Shown here: positions 29,543 to 36,924 of the stretch, in pieces
How the letters are laid out: the number at the start of each line of letters is the position of its first letter
Numbering within the stretch: the first letter of the stretch is position 1
Source: Parcubacteria group bacterium GW2011_GWC1_45_13
GTDB taxonomy: Bacteria > Patescibacteriota > Minisyncoccia > UBA11713 > 2-01-FULL-45-33
Assembly (NCBI GenBank): GCA_001001285.1
Contig: LCKG01000003.1
Coordinates: 27,746 to 91,745, forward strand
Direction: 5' to 3'
DNA length: 64,000 nt
Position numbers and translations under genes: made by a program
The notes under the pieces: generated by a model
What the model was told of the DNA's origin: nothing
Database searches by the model: none
Seen by the model: only the letters and a program-made list of their open reading frames with translations

Positions 29543-29773
29543 TTATCCAAGTTTAACTAGAAATAGAGTTACCAATACCAACGCTATGGTTGCTAAAGCG
29601 AGCACTCTTGACCAAATTAATTGTTTTCTATTGTACTCTTTCTGAGAATCTAAAAGTTCCTTTTGTAATTTGTAATTAATAAAGACCGCTCCTATACGAA
29701 TCATTTCGGGAACGCTATTATTTATTTTCTCTAACATTTCCTCCAACGACTGCTTTGTGTTGAAAATTCCCAT
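29543..29773 (-). CDS. small protein with C-terminal TM helix
   Basis: 76-aa AT-rich ORF. Confidence 0.6.
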   Translation of the reverse strand: MGIFNTKQSLEEMLEKINNSVPEMIRIGAVFINYKLQKELLDSQKEYNRKQLIWSRVLALATIALVLVTLFLVKLG

Positions 29774-29866
29774 ACCTTTATTTTAATCTAGTAATTGTCG
29801 CATTTGCATTCGAACCGACGCTACCCCCACCCTAGCTCAAAATCGCCGGGGTTTCAAGGCGATGTA

Positions 29867-30130
29867 TTAAGAAGAATACAGTTTGCTGTGTGTATCTACG
29901 GCTATAAAATATGCGATTTCTTTTTCTGCCATTTCATAAATTGCGCGCAAACCGCCCCCAACATTTATACTGCGCAACCCTTCGCATTTACCTTGCAGTG
30001 GATGATTATTTAATACAGGATTAAATGGATTTTCAATAAATACCGCCAATTGTTCCTTAAATTTATTTTGCTGACTTTTGCGCAGTTTTTTAAATTGCCT
30101 TTTAAAATTTTTATGAAATACTACCTTCAT
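29867..30130 (-). CDS. RelE/YafQ-family mRNA interferase toxin
   Basis: FKRQFKKL, LNNHPLQG, RSINV..LRAIY, THSKLY. Confidence 0.88.
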   Translation of the reverse strand: MKVVFHKNFKRQFKKLRKSQQNKFKEQLAVFIENPFNPVLNNHPLQGKCEGLRSINVGGGLRAIYEMAEKEIAYFIAVDTHSKLYSS

Positions 30131-30402
30131 TTTCCGTGAAGATACCGCGCGGCACTTTCCGCGATGCCAAAAGCGGGGGAGACGTTTTTCTTCCTCGCGT
30201 AATCACTGCGCGCTTCTTTGGCAATATTTTCTAAATAAGATGTCATATTTGGCGCGACAGAAAATCTTATTTCCTGTTCTCTAACAAGTTGCCTTAACTG
30301 GGCATTTATGACCGCGCTAAGCGAGAGCCCCATCTCTTTGGCGATTTTTTTGGCTTCGTCTTTGACCTTTTGATCGGTTTTAATGTTAATTACTGTGTTC
30401 AT
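30127..30402 (-). CDS. RelB/DinJ-family antitoxin
   Basis: INIKTD..VK.EA..IAKEMGLSLSAVIN ribbon-helix-helix; 4-bp overlap with the toxin. Confidence 0.88.
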   Translation of the reverse strand: MNTVINIKTDQKVKDEAKKIAKEMGLSLSAVINAQLRQLVREQEIRFSVAPNMTSYLENIAKEARSDYARKKNVSPAFGIAESAARYLHGK

Positions 30403-30524
30403 GCATTAAGTATATATCCTATATACACAATGTCAATACCTCGTATTTGTGGATATCATCGCCAGGATTTCAAGCTTGCCTGCCCCGCCTACCGGCAGGC
30501 AGGCGGCAAGCGGGGCGAGGGGGG

Positions 30525-31082
30525 TTATTTCCCCTTTTTATATTCGCGGTCTAAAATGCCAAAATTTAAAACGTCGTGCCATTGGTTTTCCCGCCACCAT
30601 TTTTCGCGCGTCCGACCTTCCAGTTTGAATCCGAATTTTTTCAAAACTTTCTGCGAGGCAATATTTTTGTGGAAAGTGTTCGCATAAACTCTGTGAAATT
30701 TCCATTTTTTAAACACCAAATCCAAAACAAGCCCGACTGCCTCTGTTGCTATTTCGCGCCCCCAATATTTTTTACCGAGCCAATATCCCAGCTCGACATT
30801 GTTGTTTCCCTTGTCTATTTTGTGCATGCCAATGCCGCCAATAACTTTATTAGTGGTTTTCAACGCGATACCAAAAGCCGCATCTTTTTTGGTTTTGCGA
30901 TATCTAGATATTTTTTTGAAGAAATTTAAGGCATCCCGTTTTGAGTAAGGGTGAGGAATGTTTGTCATAAAACGCACAATATTTTTGTCGTTTATATTAT
31001 TTTGCAAATCTTCCGCGTCAGATTTCCGAAGTTCTCGTACAATAATTTGTTTTCCGATTAGTTTGGTTGGCATATTATACAA
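30525..31082 (-). CDS. GNAT acetyltransferase (RimJ/RimL type)
   Basis: ELGYWLGKKYWG, NIASQKVLKKFGF; start may be ATG 31073. Confidence 0.9.
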   Translation of the reverse strand: MYNMPTKLIGKQIIVRELRKSDAEDLQNNINDKNIVRFMTNIPHPYSKRDALNFFKKISRYRKTKKDAAFGIALKTTNKVIGGIGMHKIDKGNNNVELGYWLGKKYWGREIATEAVGLVLDLVFKKWKFHRVYANTFHKNIASQKVLKKFGFKLEGRTREKWWRENQWHDVLNFGILDREYKKGK

Positions 31083-31277
31083 TTTTAGCTCAAAATCGCC
31101 GGGGTTTCAAGCTTGCCTACCGGTAGATCTCGGCGAGGAGAGCGGGATTTGAGGAAGAAGCCGAAGCGGTTAATTACCAATATTATCGTCCGCCAAAAGG
31201 CGACTCATTTGGGTAGCAGACAGCCAGTAAGACCGCTTCACGGGCATCAAGTTGCGAGACCGCGCTTGGTGCCTTTT

Positions 31278-32525
31278 TTATTTCCTGAAAAATCCGCTGC
31301 GGCCGCCGTAGGACGGGCGCGCAAGGCCGCGGCCGAAGCGTTTGTGCGAAAAATGCCGCGGGATGATTTTGTATTCTATGAATTTTTCTTCCGAAAATTC
31401 CGGGTGTTTGGATATCGCAATCACTGTGCGAAGAAGCTTTTCAATATCGCGAACGGCGCTTTTTTGGTCGGGCGTCGCGAAAGATATCGCCCGCCCAGGC
31501 GCGCCGGCCCGTCCGGTGCGCCCTATCCGGTGGACATAATCTCCTGGATTATCCGGCAAGTCGTAATTAAGAACAAGTTCAATCCCCACAACGTCGATTC
31601 CGCGGGAGGCAATGTCGGTTGCCACAAGCACGCGGTATCTTCCGGACTTAAATCCATCCAGCGCCTCCCGGCGTTGGATGAGCGAGCGGTTGGAATGGAT
31701 CTCGGCGACCCTATGCCCCATATCTCTCACGGCGTTGCATATTTTTCTTGCGCCGTGCTTGGTGCGGGAAAAAATCAAAACCGACCCGCGGTATTCGACA
31801 AGAAGCTTTGTGAGTAATTTATTTTTATCTTCTTTTTTTACGATAAATAATTCTTGTGCTACCTTCTCCGCGGCCGTCCCCGGGCGGGCAATCTCAATCC
31901 GGAAGGGGAGCTTCATGTGCTCTGTTGCCAAGCGCACGATGTTGTCTGGCATTGTCGCCGAAAAAAGCATGGTTTGCCGGTTTTTCGGGACTTTATTTAA
32001 AATTTGTTTTAATTGCGGTAGAAATCCCATATCCAGCATTCTGTCGGCTTCATCCAAAACCAGTATTGAAATGCCGTCCAAAGAAAGCACTCTTTGTTCC
32101 ATGTGATCAATAATCCGCCCTGGTGTTCCTATTATAATGTGGGGCTGGCGGCGAAGCGCGTCTATTTGTGGGCGCATGGACGCGCCTCCTATAATAAGCG
32201 CTGTTTTGAGGCCAAGGTTCCGGCCGATTTTTTGCAGCATTTCTTCCACTTGTTGCGCCAGCTCCCTTGTCGGCAAAAGAATCAGCCCCTTGGCTTTTGT
32301 CTGGGCAATGCGCTGGATCATTGGGACGCCGAATGCCAAAGTTTTGCCAGTGCCGGTTTGCGCCACGCCGATTAAGTCCTTTCCTTCAATCGCGGCAGGG
32401 ATCGCGCGCGATTGTATCGGCGTAGGCGTTTTGAAACGGAGTTTTCCAAGAATTTCCAAAAGCGCCGGGGCGATGCCCAAACCGTAAAAACTCTTGGTTA
32501 TGTTTTCGCTAGCGCGTTGATTCAT
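31278..32525 (-). CDS. DEAD-box RNA helicase (RhlE-like)
   Basis: AQTGTGKT, PTRELA, DEAD, SAT, HRIGRTGRAG. Confidence 0.95.
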   Translation of the reverse strand: MNQRASENITKSFYGLGIAPALLEILGKLRFKTPTPIQSRAIPAAIEGKDLIGVAQTGTGKTLAFGVPMIQRIAQTKAKGLILLPTRELAQQVEEMLQKIGRNLGLKTALIIGGASMRPQIDALRRQPHIIIGTPGRIIDHMEQRVLSLDGISILVLDEADRMLDMGFLPQLKQILNKVPKNRQTMLFSATMPDNIVRLATEHMKLPFRIEIARPGTAAEKVAQELFIVKKEDKNKLLTKLLVEYRGSVLIFSRTKHGARKICNAVRDMGHRVAEIHSNRSLIQRREALDGFKSGRYRVLVATDIASRGIDVVGIELVLNYDLPDNPGDYVHRIGRTGRAGAPGRAISFATPDQKSAVRDIEKLLRTVIAISKHPEFSEEKFIEYKIIPRHFSHKRFGRGLARPSYGGRSGFFRK

Positions 32526-32654
32526 AAGCGGTAATTAATCATCAAACCTTAGCACGAAATCGGTTTGTTTCCAAATGCCCCCGAGGGGTGTTATAAGTAT
32601 AATCAAAGGTCGGGAATTTATATTTAACTGAAAATTAACAAAAAATAAATCAAT

Positions 32655-33149
32655 ATGATAAAGAAAATTTATTCGGCTCTGGCGGTTTCAGCTTTGTTTT
32701 TGGCCGCAAGTGTCGCTTTAGCGGCAGGCGGTTTTGACCAATTCGGATATAATCGCACAGCCAGGATTTTCAACGGCACAGGTAGCTCTTGGTGTCTAGC
32801 GCGCGGAGCTTCGGCAAATTGCCTGGGCATCTACTCGCCAGACAAGCTTGTGATGAAATGGAACGCAGAATGGGACAGAGGAAACGCGGAAGGGTGGACT
32901 GACCCGAATGGTTACGGAGCGTGGGAAGACAATGAATGGAATGGGAAAAACGGCGGCTCGGGCGCTGTCTGGCACTATAAAATAAAATGGGTTGGAGCAT
33001 GCGGCGCCGACTACACGCCTTTGCCGGACGGCGGTTATTGCATCTGGGGGCAGTTTGAAGTTTTGATGGACCAAGGGCAGGACCCGAATTACGGCCCAGG
33101 CCATCTCTGGTTTGCCAATGCGCTTCCAAACGGCTACGGAGTGAAATAA
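32655..33149 (+). CDS. secreted hypothetical protein
   Basis: Signal peptide ending ALA; Trp/Gly/Cys-rich. Confidence 0.75.
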   Translation: MIKKIYSALAVSALFLAASVALAAGGFDQFGYNRTARIFNGTGSSWCLARGASANCLGIYSPDKLVMKWNAEWDRGNAEGWTDPNGYGAWEDNEWNGKNGGSGAVWHYKIKWVGACGADYTPLPDGGYCIWGQFEVLMDQGQDPNYGPGHLWFANALPNGYGVK

Positions 33150-33166
33150 TTTCTGACTAACAAATC

Positions 33167-33193
33167 AAAAATCCGCCGAGAAGGCGGATTTTT
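33167..33193. terminator. bidirectional terminator
   Basis: AAAAATCCGCC-GAGAA-GGCGGATTTTT between convergent genes. Confidence 0.75.
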
Positions 33194-33215
33194 GTTTGGG
33201 CTCAAGCTTTCCGGC

Positions 33216-33347
33216 TTATTTAATCTGTTTCCAGAGCCAGACTATGAGCATAATCCCGACGACAAGCCAGACCAGCTCGCTTATCCAGCCGAACGCACTC
33301 CCGTATCCGCCTCCCCAGCCCATCATGTTTCCGTAGTAATTCATCAT
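33216..33347 (-). CDS. 43-aa Gly/Met-rich membrane peptide (below ORF-track cutoff)
   Basis: MMNYYGNMMGWGGGYGSAFGWISELVWLVVGIMLIVWLWKQIK, ending before the terminator. Confidence 0.65.
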   Translation of the reverse strand: MMNYYGNMMGWGGGYGSAFGWISELVWLVVGIMLIVWLWKQIK

Positions 33348-33447
33348 TGGTTTATAGTAACACTAAACTACTATGAAGTCGAAGTGCCGACCTCTTTGAT
33401 ACTTTTTATTTTATCTATTTTGATGCTCTTCGGATGGATAGCGGATA

Positions 33448-33729
33448 TTAAAAGAAAATAAAACTAATCAGCCAAGCAATTCCTCCACTACCAATAGAAA
33501 GAATGCCAAACATGACGATGGCGGATGTATTCACAAAATTTGCTTCTCCTCGTATGAGGTTTCCACTCATACTCGCCATTTTCCCGATAAAAGCTAATAG
33601 CAATCCAATTAGTATCCCCACGACGGCACCAAATATAGAGCCGGCATTGATAGTAAACCCAAAAGCTAAACCCCATAATAAACCACTGACAGCCCCGATA
33701 AGGGCACTGAAAATAATGTTTGCAAACAT
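33448..33729 (-). CDS. small three-TM membrane protein
   Basis: Gly-rich hydrophobic helices. Confidence 0.65.
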   Translation of the reverse strand: MFANIIFSALIGAVSGLLWGLAFGFTINAGSIFGAVVGILIGLLLAFIGKMASMSGNLIRGEANFVNTSAIVMFGILSIGSGGIAWLISFIFF

Positions 33730-33778
33730 AGTTTTATTTTATCACAGCGACGCTTCTCGGAACATGTAAACAATATAT

Positions 33779-34573
33779 TTATCTAAGAATTAGCTTTTCA
33801 ATACTATCGATTATTTGAATCGGGTCGCCTGTTAAGATCTTGTTGTCATATAAATCTTTGGTAAAAGCTAAACATATTTTTACTGCTTCTGTCGCAACAA
33901 AATCACCATCATCTCCGTCATGAAAAAATATCTTTCCATATTCATCTTTCCCAATAAATTCTTGAAATCCTTCAATATTCAAATGAGCTACTGGCGATAA
34001 CTGTCTATAGATCAAACTATACATACGTTCAAAATGTCCTTTTTCGGAGTTTTTTACTTCTTCTTTTTCGCACAATTTAGCTTTTTCTTGAAGAGACTTA
34101 GTACCTTTAAGGTCTGGATTGCCTTTTAAAATTGCTTCTTTGTGAATTTTTTGGTCACCAATAGCTCGTTCTAAGTATTTTTTATTGAACAATTGTTCTT
34201 GATTTGTAGATTCGAGGTTTGGATATCTTTTTATCAGATTCAGTATTTCCTCCAATATTGTTATTCGTTCACAAAACATTCTTTTTGCTGAAAAAGCGAG
34301 TCTTTGCTCAGAATTTCCAAACTGATGATAGATAATGTCTATGTGGGCTTCAAATAGCGCTCTAAGTAAAACTTTGGCTACATGAGATTTTCTATTTTCA
34401 CATAAAATTATTATTGATTCAGTAAAACTGAATACTGGGTGGTGAGCAAAATATATATAATTTTGCAAATGAGTATGCCTGCTAGTATCGATATTGTTAA
34501 GCAGATCCTTGATTTCTATTTTCAGCTTCAAAAATTTTTTCTTTAGTTTTCTTATGTATTCTGCTTTTTCCAT
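33779..34573 (-). CDS. DUF5677-like helical (HEPN-like) protein
   Basis: LLRALFE and YSLIYRQLSPVAH motifs; AT-rich. Confidence 0.65.
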   Translation of the reverse strand: MEKAEYIRKLKKKFLKLKIEIKDLLNNIDTSRHTHLQNYIYFAHHPVFSFTESIIILCENRKSHVAKVLLRALFEAHIDIIYHQFGNSEQRLAFSAKRMFCERITILEEILNLIKRYPNLESTNQEQLFNKKYLERAIGDQKIHKEAILKGNPDLKGTKSLQEKAKLCEKEEVKNSEKGHFERMYSLIYRQLSPVAHLNIEGFQEFIGKDEYGKIFFHDGDDGDFVATEAVKICLAFTKDLYDNKILTGDPIQIIDSIEKLILR

Positions 34574-34602
34574 ACGTATTTAAAGCTCCTTGAAGTCCGA
34601 AC

Positions 34603-34860
34603 CTATCTCAAGCTGTTTTTATTTATTAAATTTAATTTCTTCTCTCTGCGCCAGCCTTTTATTTCGGTTTCACGGCGGCGAGCTTCTTTTAAAGTGGTAA
34701 ATTTTTCAAAATAACGCAATACCACCGGACGCCTTAGTTTTGTAAAATGCGCGCCCCATTTGGAATTATTGTGTTGTTCTAGTCTTCTTTCTAAATTATT
34801 TGTGCAACCAACGTAAAAAGATTTATCGGCGCACTCTAAAATATAAGTGAAATAAAACAT
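34603..34860 (-). CDS. small stand-alone GIY-YIG nuclease (no. 2)
   Basis: FTYILEC.DKSFYVGCTNNLERRLEQHN...ARRRE.EIKGW. Confidence 0.92.
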   Translation of the reverse strand: MFYFTYILECADKSFYVGCTNNLERRLEQHNNSKWGAHFTKLRRPVVLRYFEKFTTLKEARRRETEIKGWRREKKLNLINKNSLR

Positions 34861-34954
34861 ATTTTTTTGGTATCTCTTCGTCGTTAAAACTCCTCAGAGC
34901 CTTCTTCGCTCTGTTTTAAATGTCGAAGATCCTGATGAGCGAAGCGAAGAAGGG

Positions 34955-35041
34955 CTGCGGGACTAGGATTCGGACCTAGATTACACGGTTCAGAGCCGTG
35001 CGCCCCAGCCTTTTCGGCGGGTCGCCGAGGAGGCGACTACC
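34955..35041 (-). pseudogene. 3' portion of a split tRNA-Gln(CTG)
   Basis: CACGG-CTCTGAA-CCGTG anticodon arm, CTAGG-TCCGAAT-CCTAG T-arm (mutated TTC), TCCCGCAG acceptor. Confidence 0.8.
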
Positions 35042-35055
35042 ACTTCCGCACAAAA

Positions 35056-35126
35056 CTGGGAGGCCTGGATTCGAACCAGGGTTATGCGGTTCAGAGCCGC
35101 ATGTCCTACCGCTAGACGACCTCCCA
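35056..35126 (-). tRNA. tRNA-Gln(CTG), intact, nested in the split copy
   Basis: TGGGAGG...TGCGG-CTCTGAA-CCGCA...GGTTCGAATCC...CCTCCCAG. Confidence 0.93.
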
Positions 35127-35145
35127 GTTTTGTGCGGAAGTCTTT

Positions 35146-35403
35146 TTACTCCATTAAATAATTTTTCAACTTACCTTTTAATACTTCTCTACCATATCCT
35201 GTTTTATAAAATTTTTCTCCGGTAGTTGCATCTTTCTTGTCTAAATACGCTTCATAATATATTAGTTTGAAAGGCCTGTTTTTACTGGAATATCCGCCGC
35301 CCTTGCCGGAGTTATGTTCTGATACTCTCTGTTTTAAATCTTCGGTAAAGCCAACATAATTTCGGCCGTTTTTCAAACTTTTTAATACATATACGTAAAA
35401 CAT
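35146..35403 (-). CDS. small stand-alone GIY-YIG nuclease (no. 3)
   Basis: MFYVYVLKS...YVGFTEDLKQRVSEHN...LIYYEA. Confidence 0.92.
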   Translation of the reverse strand: MFYVYVLKSLKNGRNYVGFTEDLKQRVSEHNSGKGGGYSSKNRPFKLIYYEAYLDKKDATTGEKFYKTGYGREVLKGKLKNYLME

Positions 35404-35415
35404 GATTTTTATTGA

Positions 35416-35479
35416 AGCCATGCGTCCCCGCCTTTTCGGCGGGTCGCCGATGAGGCGACTACCGTTAGACGATCCCGCA
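35416..35479 (-). pseudogene. 5' portion of the split tRNA-Gln with a 32-nt D-loop insertion
   Basis: TGCGGGA-TC-GTCTAACGGTAG-[insert]-GACGCATGGCT; acceptor strand complements TCCCGCA at 34956-34962. Confidence 0.8.
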
Positions 35480-35580
35480 ATAATGCGTATAATATGTAGA
35501 GGTTAGCAAAAAAATTTTGGTTTGACAAAGTTTAGACATTTGTTAATGTTTAAGTGGTTTTGATTTTTGGGAGGTGCGCA

Positions 35581-35748
35581 ATGTCACATGACAAGTTAAG
35601 AGATAGGATTCAAGTATGGTTTGTCGCGTTTGTTTTGTTTATTGTTGTTTTGGCTGGCATTATAATCGGCCGTCTCGTGCACCAAGGAGCTCTCCGCTCA
35701 GGAATAAATCAGATAACAGATTCAAACAGCAAGGGGCCGGCTAAATGA
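35581..35748 (+). CDS. small single-TM protein (solo cassette)
   Basis: TTGACA at 35522, GGAGGT, hairpin GCCGGC-9-GCCGGC plus T-run. Confidence 0.6.
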   Translation: MSHDKLRDRIQVWFVAFVLFIVVLAGIIIGRLVHQGALRSGINQITDSNSKGPAK

Positions 35749-35802
35749 AAGCCGGCTATTTTTTGTTTTAATTACGCAACAATTTCTTATTTTGTGAAGT
35801 TG

Positions 35803-35873
35803 ACCCCGTTAGAAGTAAACTTTATAAATAAGGTTGCCGATGTGTTGTCCACATATCGGACTTCTAACGGGGT
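35803..35873. mobile_element. 71-bp MITE-like element with the same ends as the GIY-YIG element
   Basis: ACCCCGTTAGAAGT (35803-35816) / ACTTCTAACGGGGT (35860-35873); GTTGAC at both junctions. Confidence 0.8.
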
Positions 35874-35913
35874 TGACTCTAAAATTAATCGGATTAGACT
35901 TCCACTTATCAAT

Positions 35914-36519
35914 ATGTTTGACGAGCTGAAACAAAGGGCGCTCAAAATTACTGAAGCGTTATACCGGACGACCGACCTTTTTTCAGACGCAGAGCCCTTG
36001 AAATGGGCTTTAAGAAAGGAAGCTCTGGAAGTGTTAAACGTCAAACCCCAAGATGTTGTATTGCTTGAGGCTACGGTAAAAAACATATTGCTCAAGCTGG
36101 AGCTGGCTGCCTGCGGGACGTTCATTTCTAAGAAGAATTTCGATGTTTTGGGTAGGGAGTATAAAAGTTTGCTGGAAGAAGTTATGTCAGGCAAATCCGA
36201 TTACCGGCATCTATTGGACACAATTCTAATGGACATAAAATCTAACGGACGAGCAGATACATCTATCGGACACATTGAAGTTAAATCTAAATCTGCGGTT
36301 GTTTTGAAACCCAGTAACAGACCCACCTTTCGGTCGGGCAGGCAAGAAACGCTAATTTCAACATTAAAAGAAAAGGGTCGCTTGAGTGTTGGAGATTTAG
36401 CCAAGGCGCTAGGGGAGCCGGTCAGCGACAAAACAGTCCAAAGAGAGCTTACAACATTAGTAGCTTCGGGGGCGGTAAAGCAGGACGGAGACAAGCGCTG
36501 GAGGAGATACTTTATTTAG
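35914..36519 (+). CDS. four-helix-bundle plus C-terminal DeoR-like HTH protein
   Basis: ALYRTTDLF..EPLKWALR N-terminus; VSDKTVQRELTTLV..G.V...GDKRW C-terminus; start ATG 35914. Confidence 0.75.
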   Translation: MFDELKQRALKITEALYRTTDLFSDAEPLKWALRKEALEVLNVKPQDVVLLEATVKNILLKLELAACGTFISKKNFDVLGREYKSLLEEVMSGKSDYRHLLDTILMDIKSNGRADTSIGHIEVKSKSAVVLKPSNRPTFRSGRQETLISTLKEKGRLSVGDLAKALGEPVSDKTVQRELTTLVASGAVKQDGDKRWRRYFI

Positions 36520-36538
36520 CTTTATTATTGGCTTTTAG

Positions 36539-36547
36539 TTATCCACA
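36539..36547 (+). promoter_or_regulatory. perfect DnaA box upstream of the surface protein promoter
   Basis: TTATCCACA; TATACT at 36581. Confidence 0.55.
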
Positions 36548-36924
36548 ATCGGCGCTTGTATTGGCTTTTGTGGGTTATGTTATACTGAAAATAAGTGGAA
36601 ATGAGGCCAAATGTCCGCTAGCTGGCGGAGGTTTTCTTGGCTTATGACATCCGGTTGAGTCCTGCTAAAGTTGGCGGAACGGCTGGATGTCAGAAGCCGA
36701 GCCTCGCCTAGCGAGTCTAGGCGGGCTATAAATAAGCCTGCTTCTGAAAAGAAGAGAACCTTGAAAAATAAATAAGAGCATAAAAACAGTAAATTAAATT
36801 TTGATTTTATCAGTTGCGAACAAACGGTCGAATGTAAAATTATTAGTTTAGTCAAAAGACCAATCACGATGCTTTGTCGAAGGCGTCTATAAATTGGCCA
36901 AATTAATTAATAGGTTAATAAATC

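Noticed and set aside
29797-29830. tRNA fragment or att site (GGTTCGAAT on the minus strand)
   Set aside because: No matching T-stem or acceptor stem.
31113-31817. 234-aa plus-strand ORF and other long antisense ORFs over gyrA, nrdJ, ftsK, rpoBC and rnj
   Set aside because: Shadow frames of well-supported genes with no recognisable motifs.
33192-33461. 89-aa plus-strand ORF
   Set aside because: It starts inside a terminator and is antisense to a more convincing 43-aa membrane peptide.
35404-35421. Opal suppressor or tRNA-Sec (CT-TCA-AT after the 5' anticodon stem)
   Set aside because: No 3' stem follows; the matching 3' half has a CTG anticodon.
29007-35748. Prophage or IS element in the accessory stretch
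   Set aside because: No integrase, transposase, terminase or structural genes recognised.
35794-35913. Longer start for the four-helix/HTH gene
   Set aside because: It reads through the MITE-like element; ATG 35914 matches the family start better.
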